This document shows positions 1 to 12,341 of a stretch of 64,000 bases of DNA, one piece after another. The notes below the pieces were generated by a model, which made no database searches, was not told the origin of the DNA, and was given only the letters and a program-made list of their open reading frames with translations. How positions within the stretch are numbered: the first letter of the stretch is position 1; each line of letters opens with the position of its first letter. A program made the translations under genes and the position numbers. The DNA lies in contig JAVKOQ020000031.1 of assembly GCA_031835245.2 (NCBI GenBank), positions 124,001-188,000 on the forward strand, given 5' to 3'. This DNA comes from Balamuthia mandrillaris. Taxonomy: Eukaryota.

Positions 1-1097
1 CCCTCTGTCCCCGACGGTTCGTTGCTATAGCCCCCCGCAAGCTTCGTTCATGAGCGCTACACTCCTTCTGTTTTGCTTGTCGTTTTTGTCACTAATCATT
101 TTTCTCTTTCTGCTGTTTCGTTCCTCTCTTTTTTGCAGGCGACTACATCGACAACATACATGAAAAGTGGTGGGGCAAGTACAAGCTTTTAGAGCGCCAC
201 CACGGCTACATCCAATGGCTGTTCCCCATCCGCGAGGAGGGCATGAACTTTCGCTCCCAGAAGCTGCAGCCCCACGAGGCGGAGGCCATCAAGGAAGACC
301 CCAAGTGCATGGAACGCATCCTCAAGAGCTACGAGCTCATGCTTGACTTTTACGGCATGCGGCTGAAGGACCGCCAGACAGGAGAGCTGGAACGGACCGA
401 AAACTGGGAGGAGCGATACGACAACCTCAACTGGTCCAGCCACAACTACCTCCGCATCACGCGCATCCTCAAGTGCTTGGGCGAGCTTGGCTTGGAGCAC
501 CTCAAGTCCAACTTTTTGCAGTTCTTCATTGAGGAGGTCTACGAGACCAAAGCCCTGAAGAACTGTAGAAGCAGTCTTGGAAACTATTGGATCGGCACCA
601 TCAAGGACGACACGGAGAGAGCTAGATTGGAGGGAATCATAGAGGAGAAGAACGCACAGCACCCAGAGGAGAGATACAATCCCTACAGTTATAGAAGAGC
701 TGGTGGAGGTGGTGTTGGAGGAGGGGGGAACAGTTCGGCTTGGTCTTCAGCTGGCTCTAATTCTCGCTGGGCAGTCTCCAAGCGTCTCGAGGACAGTGAC
801 GAGGAAGAGGAGGAAGACGACGACGATGACGATGAAGCTGATATCAATGTTTCGGATGATGATGACGACGATGAGGATGAGGAGAATGAAGTGAAAGAAA
901 GCAAACAACAACGAAAAGAGGCTGGTAGTGATTACGAAGTCGAGTCGGATGGAGCCGAAGCCGGCGATTCATCAGCGATGCTGGAAGCAACGCCATCCTC
1001 GCTTGCCGCAAGGGAGGATGACACTCTGCCCCAACCTCAACCCCAACCCGAAGACCCTGTCGAGGACTCTGCCGGTGACCTGCGGAATCATATCTAA
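1..1097 (+). CDS. Opioid growth factor receptor (OGFr_N) domain protein, 5'-truncated by the window edge, with acidic low-complexity C-tail
   Basis: After an intron (about 17-138, gt...tgcag) the exon reads GDYIDNIHEKWWGKYKLLERHHGYIQWLFPIREEGMN...HNYLRITRILKCLGELG, matching the OGFr_N signatures HxYIQWLFP and HNxLRITRILK. Stop at 1095-1097. Confidence 0.85.
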
Positions 1098-1381
1098 CTT
1101 TCTCTTCTTCCTCTTCTTACATGTGTATGATCTTCCTTTTTTTTTTTGTGTTCAAAAAAAAATCTATTAAAAAAAACAGTGTAACTAGCGAGCGTCGAAA
1201 TGGTGTCTTGGCATAGCGCAACCCCTCAAGCGTGACTTCTCGCTTTTTTCTCTCTTTTCTTTGTCACTTTCTTCTTCTTTCCATTCTTTTCTCGTCTCTT
1301 TTTTTGTCGGAAAGGAAACAAAAAAAAAAGGGGGAACCTGTCACTAACGTACTGCACCTCCACTTCACTTTTTTTTTTGGG

Positions 1382-1418
<37 letters not shown>

Positions 1419-1486
1419 TTCCTTTATTTATTTACTTTTTCTCTCACTCACTCACAAACTAACGAACAAAACACAGTCACACCAAC

Positions 1487-1894
1487 ATGCCTAAGCTCGA
1501 AGTCATTGTCAGCGGAGCCAACTTCAAGCGTATGGACCTCAAGGCCTACGGCGTGACCGACAGAGAGGCCTACGTCAAGCTCTCCCTCGGCGATCAGGAG
1601 GTCTGCACCACCAAGAACAACTGCCCCACCCTTGACCCCACTTGGGACGAGACCTTCACCCTCGAGGTGGCCGACCCCGAGAAGGACAAGCTCACCGTGG
1701 CCTTCTTCCTGGGAGGCAACCAGATTGGTCAACCCGCTGACTACCTTCTTTCTGGCCTCATCCAAAACAAGGCTACCTACAAGGGCATGGCTGTCGTTGG
1801 TGGCAAGGTTGACATGATGTTCCGCGCTTTGGACTTTGGCAAGGAGGAAGTTGCTGAGGAAGATGAGGGCGAGGACTTCCTTGAGTTCCTCTAA
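1487..1894 (+). CDS. Small single-exon C2-domain protein (135 aa)
   Basis: AYVKLSLGDQEVCTT...TLDPTWDETFTLEVADPEKDKLTV fits the C2 pattern; GC3-biased codons; acidic C-terminus. Confidence 0.75.
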   Translation: MPKLEVIVSGANFKRMDLKAYGVTDREAYVKLSLGDQEVCTTKNNCPTLDPTWDETFTLEVADPEKDKLTVAFFLGGNQIGQPADYLLSGLIQNKATYKGMAVVGGKVDMMFRALDFGKEEVAEEDEGEDFLEFL

Positions 1895-2006
1895 ACAACC
1901 TCTAATTTTCTCTTTTCTCTTCTTTCTCTGACTTAGAACAATTGAACGAAACATTCGAAAAACCCAATCCAACCTCGAGCCTTTTTTTTTCCCTCCCCTT
2001 CCCTTC

Positions 2007-3790
2007 TCATCCATCCAGCGAAGCAGAAAGCTCTCTTTCCTCCAACAGTTTCACCACCTCTGGCCAACCGCGCTCCTTTGCCATCATCAACGCGGTCAGC
2101 CCCCATCGATCCTTCCGGCCGACCTCCGCTCCAGCCTCCACCAGGTACCGAACAACCTCTGCATGCCCGTTGGTGGCCGCCAAGTGTAATGCCGTGCGGT
2201 GATCATAATCCGTGTGGTTGGCCGCGGCGGCGCGCTCCTTCTCCTCCACGTTCTCCAGGATGGCTCTCACGCTGCGCAGATCCCCTTTGGCGCTCCGTGG
2301 GATCAGCCGTTGTTTGAGGACTTGATGAGAGACGTGGCAGCCGGCTGCTTTCAGGATGCTTACCACCTCTTCCCTGTCGTAGAGCACGGCGTAGTCCATT
2401 GCTGTGAGCTTCCATCGATCCACCGCGTGGAGGTCCACTTCCTTGCGAAGCAAGTAACGCAACGCGGTCACCGCTCCTTTTGTGTTTTTCAACAGAACCT
2501 CTCATGAGAGACCAACAAAAAGAGGAGCTGAGAGAAAGGGAAGAAGAGAAGAGAAACCGTGAGAGGCAGCCAAGTGGAGGGGCGTTCGGCCGTCGTAGTT
2601 GCCGGCGGACAAGTCCATGCCCATGTGGTGGTACTTTCGCAGGCCGCTCTCATCGTCGTTGGCTGCATGGGGCAGCATCATCCCTATTCTCCTCTTCTGC
2701 AGGTCTCTCATGAGAGGGTCTGCGTCGATGCCGTCAAACTCGGCGCGGAGCTCCAGGCGTTGGCCTCTCTTCACGACGAACATCTCGCGGGGATGGAAGA
2801 AGTTGGTGGAGTGCGGGCCGTGGATCAGCACTCCGCTGAAGAGGGCGTAGTCGCAGTTGCGGTTGTCTTTTACCGTTGCTTCCAGCGTTGACTGCACCAT
2901 CGATAGCTTTTTCGTGGAGAAGGTTTAACAGGAGTAAGAAGGGAAACGTGATGAAGAAGAAGAAGAAGAAGAAGAAGAAGAAGAAGAAGAAGAACAAGAA
3001 GAAGAAGACCAAGAACAAGAAGAACAACTAACAATGCAGTCATGAGTAAAGTCCGTCAATTCCAACAAGGTGGGAACCTGCCCATGGTTTAGCCGGTCCG
3101 CGAGGTGCTGCTTCAACAGGCTCTGCTCCACGTCGTTGACATCCTGCTTCACGCTCAGCCGGCCCTCCTTGAGCTCGTCCAGAAACGCCAGCAGCGCCCC
3201 ACAGGCCACCGAGGGGCGCTCCCTCCCTTCCCTCTGCACGTTGCCCAACGCGCCATCCTTGGCGATGGCGATGTGAGGACCCACAAAAAAAACGTAGCGC
3301 TCGGTGCCGTCTTGGTGCGGGGCATGGCCCATTGCCGCCAGAAAGCCTTTGGAGTCATGAACAAAGTTTAGCGGTGGAACGGAGAGAGAGAGAGAGAGAA
3401 GGTTTAAAAATAAATAAAAGAAAGGACACCTGTTTTGCCACAAAAGACCATCCCGCCGAGGCTAGAGATGTTGAAGCTGTTGCCCCATAAAAAATTGACC
3501 TGCAAGTGAAGTGAGGCACAACCCAAAATGAAGGGAAAAGAAAGAAAGAATGCCCAACTCACTTCTTCTTCAAACGGTTGTGTTAACTCGTCTCGGCACA
3601 TGCTGACCAAGGCAAGAGCATTCTCTTTGGTGATCCCGTGAGCCGACACGGCGGCCTGCGCTTTGACCAGGAACTCGTTGAGGTGGAGCGAGTTGGGAAA
3701 GTGCTCCCCCAAGCTCTTCTGGAACTGCGTCTCGCGTTTGACGGCCACCAACGGACAGCTTCTGCTTTGCTCCTTGCTCAGCTGCTGCAT
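2007..3790 (-). CDS. LCIB/theta-class carbonic anhydrase-like domain fused to C-terminal ankyrin repeats (about 5 exons)
   Basis: Spliced product contains ALVSMCRDEL, FNISSLGGMVFCGKTGFLAAMGHAP, YVFFVGPHIAI, ACGALLAF and DYALFSGVLIHGP (LCIB motifs with Cys/His/Cys ligands), then ankyrins NYDGRTPLHLAASHG, DRWKLTAMDYA, DYDHRTALHLAATNGH, DRWGLTALMMA. Introns 3562-3500 and 3429-3347 are GT-AG and keep frame. Confidence 0.85.
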
Positions 3791-4305
3791 TCCTGAATTC
3801 TTTTTTTTTCCTCCACCCCGATTTTCTTGATCGGCCAATTAATTCGTTTAATTAGTTGTTGAATTGGATCTACATTTTCTCCTTTTAAACAGTTGCTTGG
3901 TAATTATGTAACCTAGCAACATTCTACTTGGGTTTCCATGGATACAGAAAACATAACGAAAACATCCAGAAAACAGCAAGCTAATCGAGAGACGTGCGGC
4001 CAAGCCTTGCCCCACTTTGACATAAAGACGATGTTGGTGGGGCTGGTTTTTTTCAAAATAAAAAGGAGGCCATCCACCCTTCGCCATTGGAAAGACTCTT
4101 TTTTGTTTTGATTTTGTTCTCACAACAACAGCTGCGTCATCTTTGGTTTCTTCATGCTGCGATGGGCTAAAAGGACATCCGCAGTGAAAGGCCACTTTGC
4201 TTCATCGCGACTTTAGTGAGTATTTTGGGTTTTCGCTTTAGTTTCATTTCTCTCCCTCTCCCTCTCCCTCCTCATATTATTTTTTTTGCATTAATAAGCG
4301 CAACC

Positions 4306-4938
4306 ATGTTGGAAGACTACTCGGGACGTTCGAATGGAAGAGCGCTGTACGCCTGCGCGGCCGCCACGCGCGGCAGACGGCCCTACATGGAGGACACCTC
4401 TGCCGTTCTTCACACTCCCTTCTGTTCGCTGTTCGGCCTGTACGACGGCCACGGCGGCACTGTACGTTGTGTTATTTCTCCCCTTTCTTTCTTTCTTCTT
4501 TCATCTCTTCAACTTTCTTTCTCTTTCATTCATTCTTACTTTGTACGAAAAAGGCGGCAGCGTCTTTCGCGAAGAAAAAATGTTTGCAGAACGTGCAACA
4601 ACAGCTGGAAACACTATACAAAAGCATCCACGACGAACACAAAGCTCAACAACAAAACCCTTCCCTGCACCTATCCTCTGGAGAGGTGATAGGCAAAGAA
4701 GACGCTGCTGAACAGAAGTCATCGCTGTGGAAAGACGCCTTCACTGCTGCTTTCCTGAAGACGGACGATGAGTTCTTGAGCAGCAGCGGCGGTAGCACGA
4801 GCGGCACCACTGCCCTTGTGGCTGCTGTCGCTGATGATCGAATCGTTATTGCAAATGCAGGCGACTCTCGTGCTGTGCTAGTACAAATGGTTTGGCAAAT
4901 CTCGTTGGCCTATCTCACCTGTGTTCTGTCTTCTCTTC

Positions 4939-4979
<41 letters not shown>

Positions 4980-5709
4980 GCTCTGGTAGCTTCACTATTT
5001 TTCACTCTTCTTTCCTCTCATTGCTTCCTGTTCATGCTCAAAGGATGATTTGGATGGAACAAAAGATGGAACAAGAGGACCGGTAGGAACAAGGGTAAGA
5101 GCGCTGTCTGATGACCATAAAGCTGATCGACCGGACGAGGTGCAACGCATCAAAGCAGCCGGAGGATTCGTTACCAAGGCATTTGACATTGGCCGCGTTG
5201 CTGGAATGTGCGTCCTCTCAACTTCACCAAACAAACACAGAGAGAGAGAGAGAGAGCGCGCCAGGAGAAACTAACGTTAAATGATAAACAACAGTTTAGC
5301 AGTATCTCGAGCTTTAGGCGACAAAGAACTCAAATCGAAAGGCGTCATTGCCACCCCAGAAGTTCACTTCCTTCATTTCACTTCATCTTCTGCAGACGAT
5401 GCAAAAACCACCACGAAAAATGAAAGAGAAATGACGTTGAGCTTTCTGGTTCTTGCAACAGATGGCCTTTGGGATGTGCTTTCTAACAAAGATGTTGGCC
5501 AAGCTCTCAGCACCCTCTTCATTGAACAACAACATCAACAACAAAAGAGCTTTCAAAAAGAAGATGAATTGGACCCTTCGATTCAAAGCTACAAGTTTGT
5601 CCGTTTGGCGGCTGAAATGTTGATCAAAGAAGCTTATCGACGAGGTTCGAGCGATAACATAACAGCCATCGTCGTGAAGCTGCCATCTTCCTTCTCTTTC
5701 CCAACTTGA
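4306..5709 (+). CDS. Protein phosphatase 2C (PPM family), multi-exon
   Basis: Motifs GRRPYMED, FGLYDGHGG, SGTTA, IANAGDSRAVL, LSDDHK, LAVSRALGD, LVLATDGLWDV and SSDNITAIVV all present in order. Confidence 0.95.
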
Positions 5710-5741
5710 AGATTCGAATAAACTTATCTGTACAATTTTTT

Positions 5742-7140
5742 TTAGTGATAAAAGAAGTGTTGATGCTGGTGTTGGTGTTGGTGTTGGCCGGATGAGTGAG
5801 CATTGACGTGAGCACTTGTGTGAGCATGAACATGCTCTGAAGCGTAAGGCCGTCTCGAAGATGAAGAGGATGACGAAGAAGAAGAAGAGGAAGAGGAAGA
5901 AGGAAGAGCTTGTTCACGACCGGTCGATCCGTTTTCCAGTTGTAGTTCTTGTCGCACTCCATTTACAATCTGTTGTGAAAGAGTTGAAGTGTTAAAAGGT
6001 GAGATATAGGAAACTAAAAATAAAGAAGGAAGAAAGAAGATAAGGAACCTTTTCAACCACTTGTCCATTACGCTCTGTGATTTCCGTCTTAACGCCATTC
6101 ACAACCGTTGTCGTCTTCTTAACCGCCACCCCATTCACCACGCTTGTAGTGGTTGATGTCGAGGAAACATGTCCTCCTGCACCAAATCCTCCAAATCCTC
6201 CAAATCCACCAAAGTCACCACCTCCGCCAAATCGTCCAAACACTCCATCATCAAAGCCACCAAAACCGCTAAACGCGGAAGAAGAAGACATGCCACCAAA
6301 GTTGCCAAATGCTCCACTCCCAAAACCGCCAAACGCTCCAAAATTGCTGAATCCTCCTCCAAAGAAAGGATCGCCTCCTCCTCTTTCTGTTCTCCCTCCT
6401 CTGGAAGAGGAAAAGGGCGATGAAGAAGGGAAAAACGGATCCGCTCTTCCAAAGAACTCTCTAAAGAGCTCAAAAGGGTCATGAAACACAAAGTCGTGCT
6501 GGTGAAAGAAAGGATCGTCACCACTTCTTCCTCTTCCTCCTCTCAAACCAGCGATGCCATGACGATCGTAGACGCGCCGCTTCTCAGGGTCGGAGAGCAC
6601 ATCATAGGCCTCGCTCACCTTCTTGAACATCTCCTCCGCTTTCTTGTTGTGCTGGCCGGGGTTCTTGTCAGGGTGCCACTTGACAGCCAGGCGACGATAG
6701 GCTTTCCTCAGCTGAGTGTCAGTGGCGTTGCGGGGCACGCCTAACAGCTGATAGTATTCTATTTCTTCTTCTTCTTCCTCCTCCACTTCTTCCGCCTCCA
6801 CTCCTTCCTCTCCGTCTTCTTCATCATCTGACCCTTCAATTTTTATTTCGATTCTAGTTGGCCGAGCGTTTGTTCTTCTGTCGTCCTCTTCTTCGTTTGC
6901 TCTTCTGCTTGTGCTTCTGGGGTGTACGTTCTCTTCAGCAGCAGCAGTCGTAGCTTCGGTTCTTCTCATCTTGGCAGAGTGTGCGGCAGAGCGTGTTTCC
7001 TGTTCTGTTGCCTCGTCTTCTACTCTTCTTGTTCTTTTTTCTGCGTTGTGTGGTTGTTGTGGCTGCTGCGATGTGGTGGCATCAAAAGCGGAGGCTTCCT
7101 GCCCGTTGTTTGCAGTGTTGGTGCCTGCCCTTCGTTGCAT
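5742..7140 (-). CDS. DnaJ/Hsp40 class B co-chaperone (DNAJB6-like) with N-terminal extension, G/F-rich region and His-rich tail
   Basis: J domain YYQLLGV...[11 protein letters not shown]...[23 protein letters not shown]-rich linker; [20 protein letters not shown]-terminal beta region; one intron near 6047-5970. Confidence 0.92.
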
Positions 7141-7580
7141 GACCACACAAAGAGTGAATCACGACACCTGATTTTTGCAGCACGTAGCGTCACTTTTAGA
7201 TTCCATTGTTTTTAGAAAAAGAAAGTATATCAAATCATCAATCATACCTTTCGTCGTGTTGTGATGAACAACGGGCGTGTGATGAAAAAGAGTAGTAATC
7301 CACAAACCAAATAGCTTACCGCCGGCGGCCAAAGGGAAAAGCTCAAACAACAACCCGGCGGCGTGATCTTCTCTTCCTTGTAGGCTTCTTCCTCAGTTTT
7401 TTTTTTGTGGACTGTCACTCCCGAAATTTCTACCACCTAAAACGATTATTGAAGGAAATTTCCGTGCTTATCGGAAAATTTGTTCTATTTAAGGAAAATA
7501 TTGCCTTAAGGAAATATAATTTACTGCGAGGGGTCAGATTAAGGAACTTAATTTTTTTTGGGGCCAAACAAGGTGCTTTG

Positions 7581-9548
7581 TTATTGATGGGCGGGGAGGT
7601 GGACTTCTTGCAAGGCCAGAGCTCGTTTGCTGGGGTCCTTCAGCAGAGCCAAGAAAGCACGACAGACATGAACCTCCAGCTCAGTCAGCTTGGCAGCAGC
7701 TGGTCCCGCGCTACCGTTCTCCATCGGGTGTTCTTTCTTGTTTCTTTCCTCTTCTCTCTTTTGTTGTTGCTGCTGTTGTTGCCTATGCCTCCTTTCCTCT
7801 TCTTCGGCTTGCAGCTGCCTTTGACGCTCGGCCTCTGCTTTCCGCTTTCTCTCTTCCTCCTCTTTTTGACGGCGCTGACGTTCTCTCTCCTCTTCGGCGG
7901 CCTTTCTGCGAGCTTCTTCGGCTTCTTCCTGTTGCTTGCGCCTTCTTTCTTGGGCTTCTTGCTCCTCCTTTTGTCTTTGCTGTCTTTGTCTTTCTCTCTC
8001 CTCTTCCTCCTGTTGGCGTTGTTCTTCCTCTTTTTCCTCTCTTTCTCTTTGTTCTTGTTGTCTTCTCTCCTCCTCTTCTGCCTCTGCTTCTCTTCTTGTC
8101 AGTTCTGCTTCCTCCTCGTCGTGCGAAGAAGGAACCAACGGATCTTCTCTTGGCGATGAAGAAAGTGGGCTGATCGGCTTGTCTCCTAGAGATCCCTTTC
8201 TTTGCTTCTTCTTCTCCTCCACTTCCCTCAGCTTTCTCTGCACTTCTTCCCTCTTCCTCGCGGCCTCCTGCTTCAACCTCTCCAACTCTTGTCTCTTTTT
8301 CTCCACCTCCATCTTTCTCTTCTGGTCCATTCTCTTGCCAGGAGAAGTGGGAGAGGAAGGAGCATTGGGCAGAGGTCCCCGTTTCTTCTCCTTCAGCTTT
8401 CCTTCCAGCTTTTCCAACTTCTTCTCCTGTTCCTGCTCCTTTTTCTGCAACTTTTGCAGCTGCTTTTGATCTTTCTCAATAGCCTTCTTCTCTTTCTTCT
8501 CAATCACAGGAGAGGAAGCGGTAGGCGAGGTAGAAGTAGGAGAACGGGTCCCTGGAGGAGAAGGCAAGCCACCTCTTCCTCTTGGACTACCACCACGAGC
8601 CATTCCTCTTCCCCTTCCTCTAGCTGCTCCTCCTCTTCCACCGGCACCAACAGGAGCGGCAGAGGTGTTAGTAGTCTCCTCTTTCTTAGACAGGGCTTCC
8701 TGTCCAGCAGCCTCCACGGCGGCGGCGGCAGCACTGTCACCGTTGCTAGCCTCAAAGGCTTTTCTTCTCTCGTAGAAAGAGAGGGAGCGACCAAAGCCTT
8801 CCAAGCTGGGTCGTTTCTTGGTTTCCTCTTCCTTGGGTGGGTCCTGAAGAGCCTGAGCCACAGACTCTTGATACCTTTGCAACATGGTGGAGCCTGCGGC
8901 TCTCTTGTTGGCCGGTCTCAACGTTTGTGCCCCCGAAAACGTTGTTGTCTGCTCGGAAGAGGAAGAAGTGGACGAAGTCAAAGAACGGAGTCTGCTGTTT
9001 TCAGAAGAAGGAGGAGAAGGAGACTTGGCGTCGCTTTGGCCAGCAGAGGCGAGCATGCTATCCAGGGCGGAGCGGGTAGCAGAGGAAGAGGGCACCATCA
9101 TGGACTGAGTTCGTCTCAAAGACTTTCCATGAGCCTCTCCCACCAAAGGAGAGAGTGAGGCATCATCTCCTCCATTTTGCAACCATTTGGCTTTGGGGTC
9201 GCTCTCTCCTTCAAACGCACCAAAGTAGTTTCCCTTGAGGGCAAACAGCTGCTTAAAGTGAGGCTTGCAGTAGAACTTGCCGCCGAGAGCCGCAAAGTTG
9301 CCGAGCTTCAGGGTGGAGTTACATTGCGTGCAGCGGAAGCAGGCTCTATGGAAGGACTTGCCGTCCGCGTCCAGACGCTCCGTTGGGTAGACTTTCTTGT
9401 TGCAGACTTGGTGTTTAGAAAAAGGCAAGAGAGTGGTTTTGTTAAAAAAAATGGTAATGATCAGACGATAAGAAAGAGAGAAAGAAAGAGAGAAAAAAAA
9501 GAGAGAAAAGTACTCACTAGCACAAGGCGCGGTTCCTATAAAACTCAT
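7581..9548 (-). CDS. N-terminal LIM-domain protein with long low-complexity and coiled-coil C-terminus
   Basis: PCA|VCNKKVYPTERLDADGKSFHRACFRCTQCNSTLKLGNFAALGGKFYCKPHFKQLF is a MICAL/EPLIN-type LIM; one in-frame intron near 9517-9408; E/R/Q-rich coiled coil. Confidence 0.88.
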   Translation of the reverse strand: MSFIGTAPCASEYFSLFFFSLSFSLSYRLIITIFFNKTTLLPFSKHQVCNKKVYPTERLDADGKSFHRACFRCTQCNSTLKLGNFAALGGKFYCKPHFKQLFALKGNYFGAFEGESDPKAKWLQNGGDDASLSPLVGEAHGKSLRRTQSMMVPSSSATRSALDSMLASAGQSDAKSPSPPSSENSRLRSLTSSTSSSSEQTTTFSGAQTLRPANKRAAGSTMLQRYQESVAQALQDPPKEEETKKRPSLEGFGRSLSFYERRKAFEASNGDSAAAAAVEAAGQEALSKKEETTNTSAAPVGAGGRGGAARGRGRGMARGGSPRGRGGLPSPPGTRSPTSTSPTASSPVIEKKEKKAIEKDQKQLQKLQKKEQEQEKKLEKLEGKLKEKKRGPLPNAPSSPTSPGKRMDQKRKMEVEKKRQELERLKQEAARKREEVQRKLREVEEKKKQRKGSLGDKPISPLSSSPREDPLVPSSHDEEEAELTRREAEAEEEERRQQEQREREEKEEEQRQQEEEERERQRQQRQKEEQEAQERRRKQQEEAEEARRKAAEEERERQRRQKEEEERKRKAEAERQRQLQAEEEERRHRQQQQQQQKREEERNKKEHPMENGSAGPAAAKLTELEVHVCRAFLALLKDPSKRALALQEVHLPAHQ

Positions 9549-10154
9549 CTTTTGAGGTCAGCTGAGTTCTTTTTTTTGTTTTCTTCTGTAACAAAAAATA
9601 TATATATTTATATACATACATACATCAGTCAAAGGTGTCAACGCAATAAGACGAAAAGAAAGGGCAAAAAGATGAAAGAAACACAGAAAGGCATAAAGAA
9701 AGAGCAAGGAAAAGGGGGAGAAACAAGTCGTTGCATTACTTTCGGTAGTTTCCGCGGAAAGAGAAGGGGGAGGCACAACGAAAATAACGCGTTCTTGGCG
9801 GAGAGAGAGGACCACAACCAAGAAGGAGGCCGAACACAGCAAAAAAGAAACCGGCGTGTCTCTTTCCTTCTTCCTTAGAAAAAATGCGATCTTGGTTTTT
9901 CGCAGTCTAATAAGCGTTGCGACAGGGCTTGTGTGGAAATTGCGTCTACGGTGTGCATGTACCATTGCTGCGGACAAAGGTTACCCTTCTAAAGATCCGT
10001 ATCGATTACTGGGTGGCAAATGATGCCGCTCGCGTTCGACACCCACCCGACCTCTTTTCCTTCTGAAAAAAACGAAAATAAAAGTTACAGTCTAAATTGT
10101 TTTTTAACAGCCAAAAGGACAACATAAAGAAAATAAGAAAGGGACGTTCACCAG

Positions 10155-11135
10155 TCACAAAAAGGCTTCCGGCGAGAATAACCCATCGGAATTGAATTCC
10201 TCCTCGAAGGATGTGAGCTCAGCTGCCGCTTCATCCCCCTCTTGTTGTTGATACACCATCTGCAGTGGTTGCAGATTGGCTTCAACGACAAGAAAGTCGG
10301 CATCGTTGTGGCTATTCCCGTGGTGAGCGGAATAATTCTGTGCGTCATGGTGATGAAAGTAGGATTGCTCGTCGAAGTCCCAGGGATATGAAAGAGGAAA
10401 ACAAGACAGAGCGTCGTCCATTGAACACGGGAGCACCTCCGACTCCAAGTCAGGGCAAGGTGGTTGCTCAGCTCCAACAACAGGCGCTTCCGGATGTAGC
10501 GGTTCTTGTGGTTGTGGAAAATAGATACGATGGAAGGAGTCTAGCTGTTCCTGGGAGGAATCGCCGCTCTCAGGGGAAGCTCCAGGGGAGGAGCAGACAG
10601 AAGGAGCTTGAGACTTCTTCTGCTTCTTCTTTGGTTTATCATCTTGATCGATCGAGGCAAGAATGACGGGCGAACACTCGCCCATCGACTCTCTGCGGGA
10701 TCTCTTGCAAGAAGGACCTTCCCAGTCGTTGTTCTTCTCTTCCTCACATCTGCTCTCCTCCTCATCGCTGCTCTCTCCTGGGTTGTCGTCGTCTTCTTTC
10801 TGGTGGCCTTGGCCCTCAGCCTCATGTTGGAGCTCCTCGGGCTGGTGCTCCTCCTGCTCACGTTTATCGTCGGGTTGACTCTCCTCCGCAAGTTCTTCGT
10901 GGTTGCCTCTACGGCGTTGCTCCGTGAAGCCCGCACACAACAAATGAAGGAACTTGACAGACAGGACGTCCTGCTGAGAGGGTCGTTGTTGAAGTTTTGT
11001 CGTTTGTTGATCTTGGCGCCTTCTCGATCGCTCGGCCATCGCCATTCTGTGGTTTTTCTCCATTCCCTTCAGCTTGGCCATTCGAGGCAACCTGCCCGAT
11101 CGGTAGATAGCAGATCTGGTGCGTTGAGTGGACAT
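10155..11135 (-). CDS. Hypothetical protein, 326 aa, largely disordered and acidic with a basic NLS-like patch
   Basis: Uninterrupted ATG-to-stop ORF with AT-rich flanks; PKKKQKK patch; no family recognised. Confidence 0.5.
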   Translation of the reverse strand: MSTQRTRSAIYRSGRLPRMAKLKGMEKNHRMAMAERSRRRQDQQTTKLQQRPSQQDVLSVKFLHLLCAGFTEQRRRGNHEELAEESQPDDKREQEEHQPEELQHEAEGQGHQKEDDDNPGESSDEEESRCEEEKNNDWEGPSCKRSRRESMGECSPVILASIDQDDKPKKKQKKSQAPSVCSSPGASPESGDSSQEQLDSFHRIYFPQPQEPLHPEAPVVGAEQPPCPDLESEVLPCSMDDALSCFPLSYPWDFDEQSYFHHHDAQNYSAHHGNSHNDADFLVVEANLQPLQMVYQQQEGDEAAAELTSFEEEFNSDGLFSPEAFL

Positions 11136-12341
11136 GTTTAGTCTTTAAAAGCTAAAACCTGTTTAGTCATCCAAAAAAAAAAGTTACTCTTGTGCGAAGC
11201 AACAAAATTCATAAAATGGAGTAGTGGGCTTACATACCGGTAATGAATTCGTTCGCGTGATTGGGTTAACACGTCGTCCAGGTGGGCGTAGCAGGTCCTC
11301 CTTTGCTGTGTGGTGTAACGTTACGGTGGTTGTTTTTTTTTGTTGTTGCTTTGTTACGTTGTTGAACGAAAAAGAAAAAACTAAAGGAAAAGAGAGACAG
11401 GAATGAGGTGGTTAGCAAACGAACGAACGAACGAAAAAAAAAAGTTGGACACTCCGCCGTGGAGGCTTAAGGGAAGGGTGGTGGGAAAATTTGGGGGTCG
11501 TGCAACCAGGGCGGTCCATCTTTGGATGGGTACCGCCGTGCAAGTGAACTGGGGATTGTTTGGGTAAAAAAAAAAGCGAAATGGCGGGAATAGAATTACC
11601 GAACCTTAAAAGCGTTTGCGCGATGCAGTGTGGGACGAGAGATGAAACAGTGCAGAAGGGAATAAATGCAGGTAGCTGGTGGGTAGTCAAATGCAGTGAG
11701 TTGTTGTTGGTTTTGAAAGGAGAAAAAGTTATGATTCGATTCGAAGAGAACTGCGTTTTTATGGCTTGGTTGAAGCGGTGAGCACCGTACCCACTGACAT
11801 TTAGGAGACAAAAGACAGCCGAAAGAAAATGGATGGATGGATCACCCCATTGACCATGTGTGAGGGGTACGTACGCCATTCTTTCGGAGCGCCCTTCCTC
11901 GCCCAGTTTCCCCGCCAAAAAATGAAGCACTGCATCCTGCCTCAAATATGATACCGTTATGCCTTTTCGCTCTTCCGTTTTCCCCCTACTTTCTGCGACA
12001 TTTCGATTGGCGAGAGGCATCGCATATTAGCAGAGTTGTAACAGAGTGAGATGAAAAGAGATCAACCAAACACACGTTTGAATTGCAAAGCGACCCGAGA
12101 TTCGTGTAGAGCCAAGATGGTTGGACATCTACGTCTTCATAGAAAGGCAAGTCACATCCGCATGGTTCCGCTTTCTGCGAACTAAGGACAAAAAAGACAC
12201 AAACAGATAAGAAAAAATATAATTCTTCTATTTTAGGAAACCAAAATAAACCTTTCCGGTCAGTACAACCCATCCAACAAAGAATGAAACCAAAAAGCGA
12301 AATGAAAAAAAAAGCACGCATTACGTTTTTGGTTTGTAATG

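Noticed and set aside
11140..12340. ORFs of 60-202 aa or an ncRNA in the 1.2-kb spacer
   Set aside because: No recognisable motifs, coding bias, tRNA boxes or snRNA signatures.
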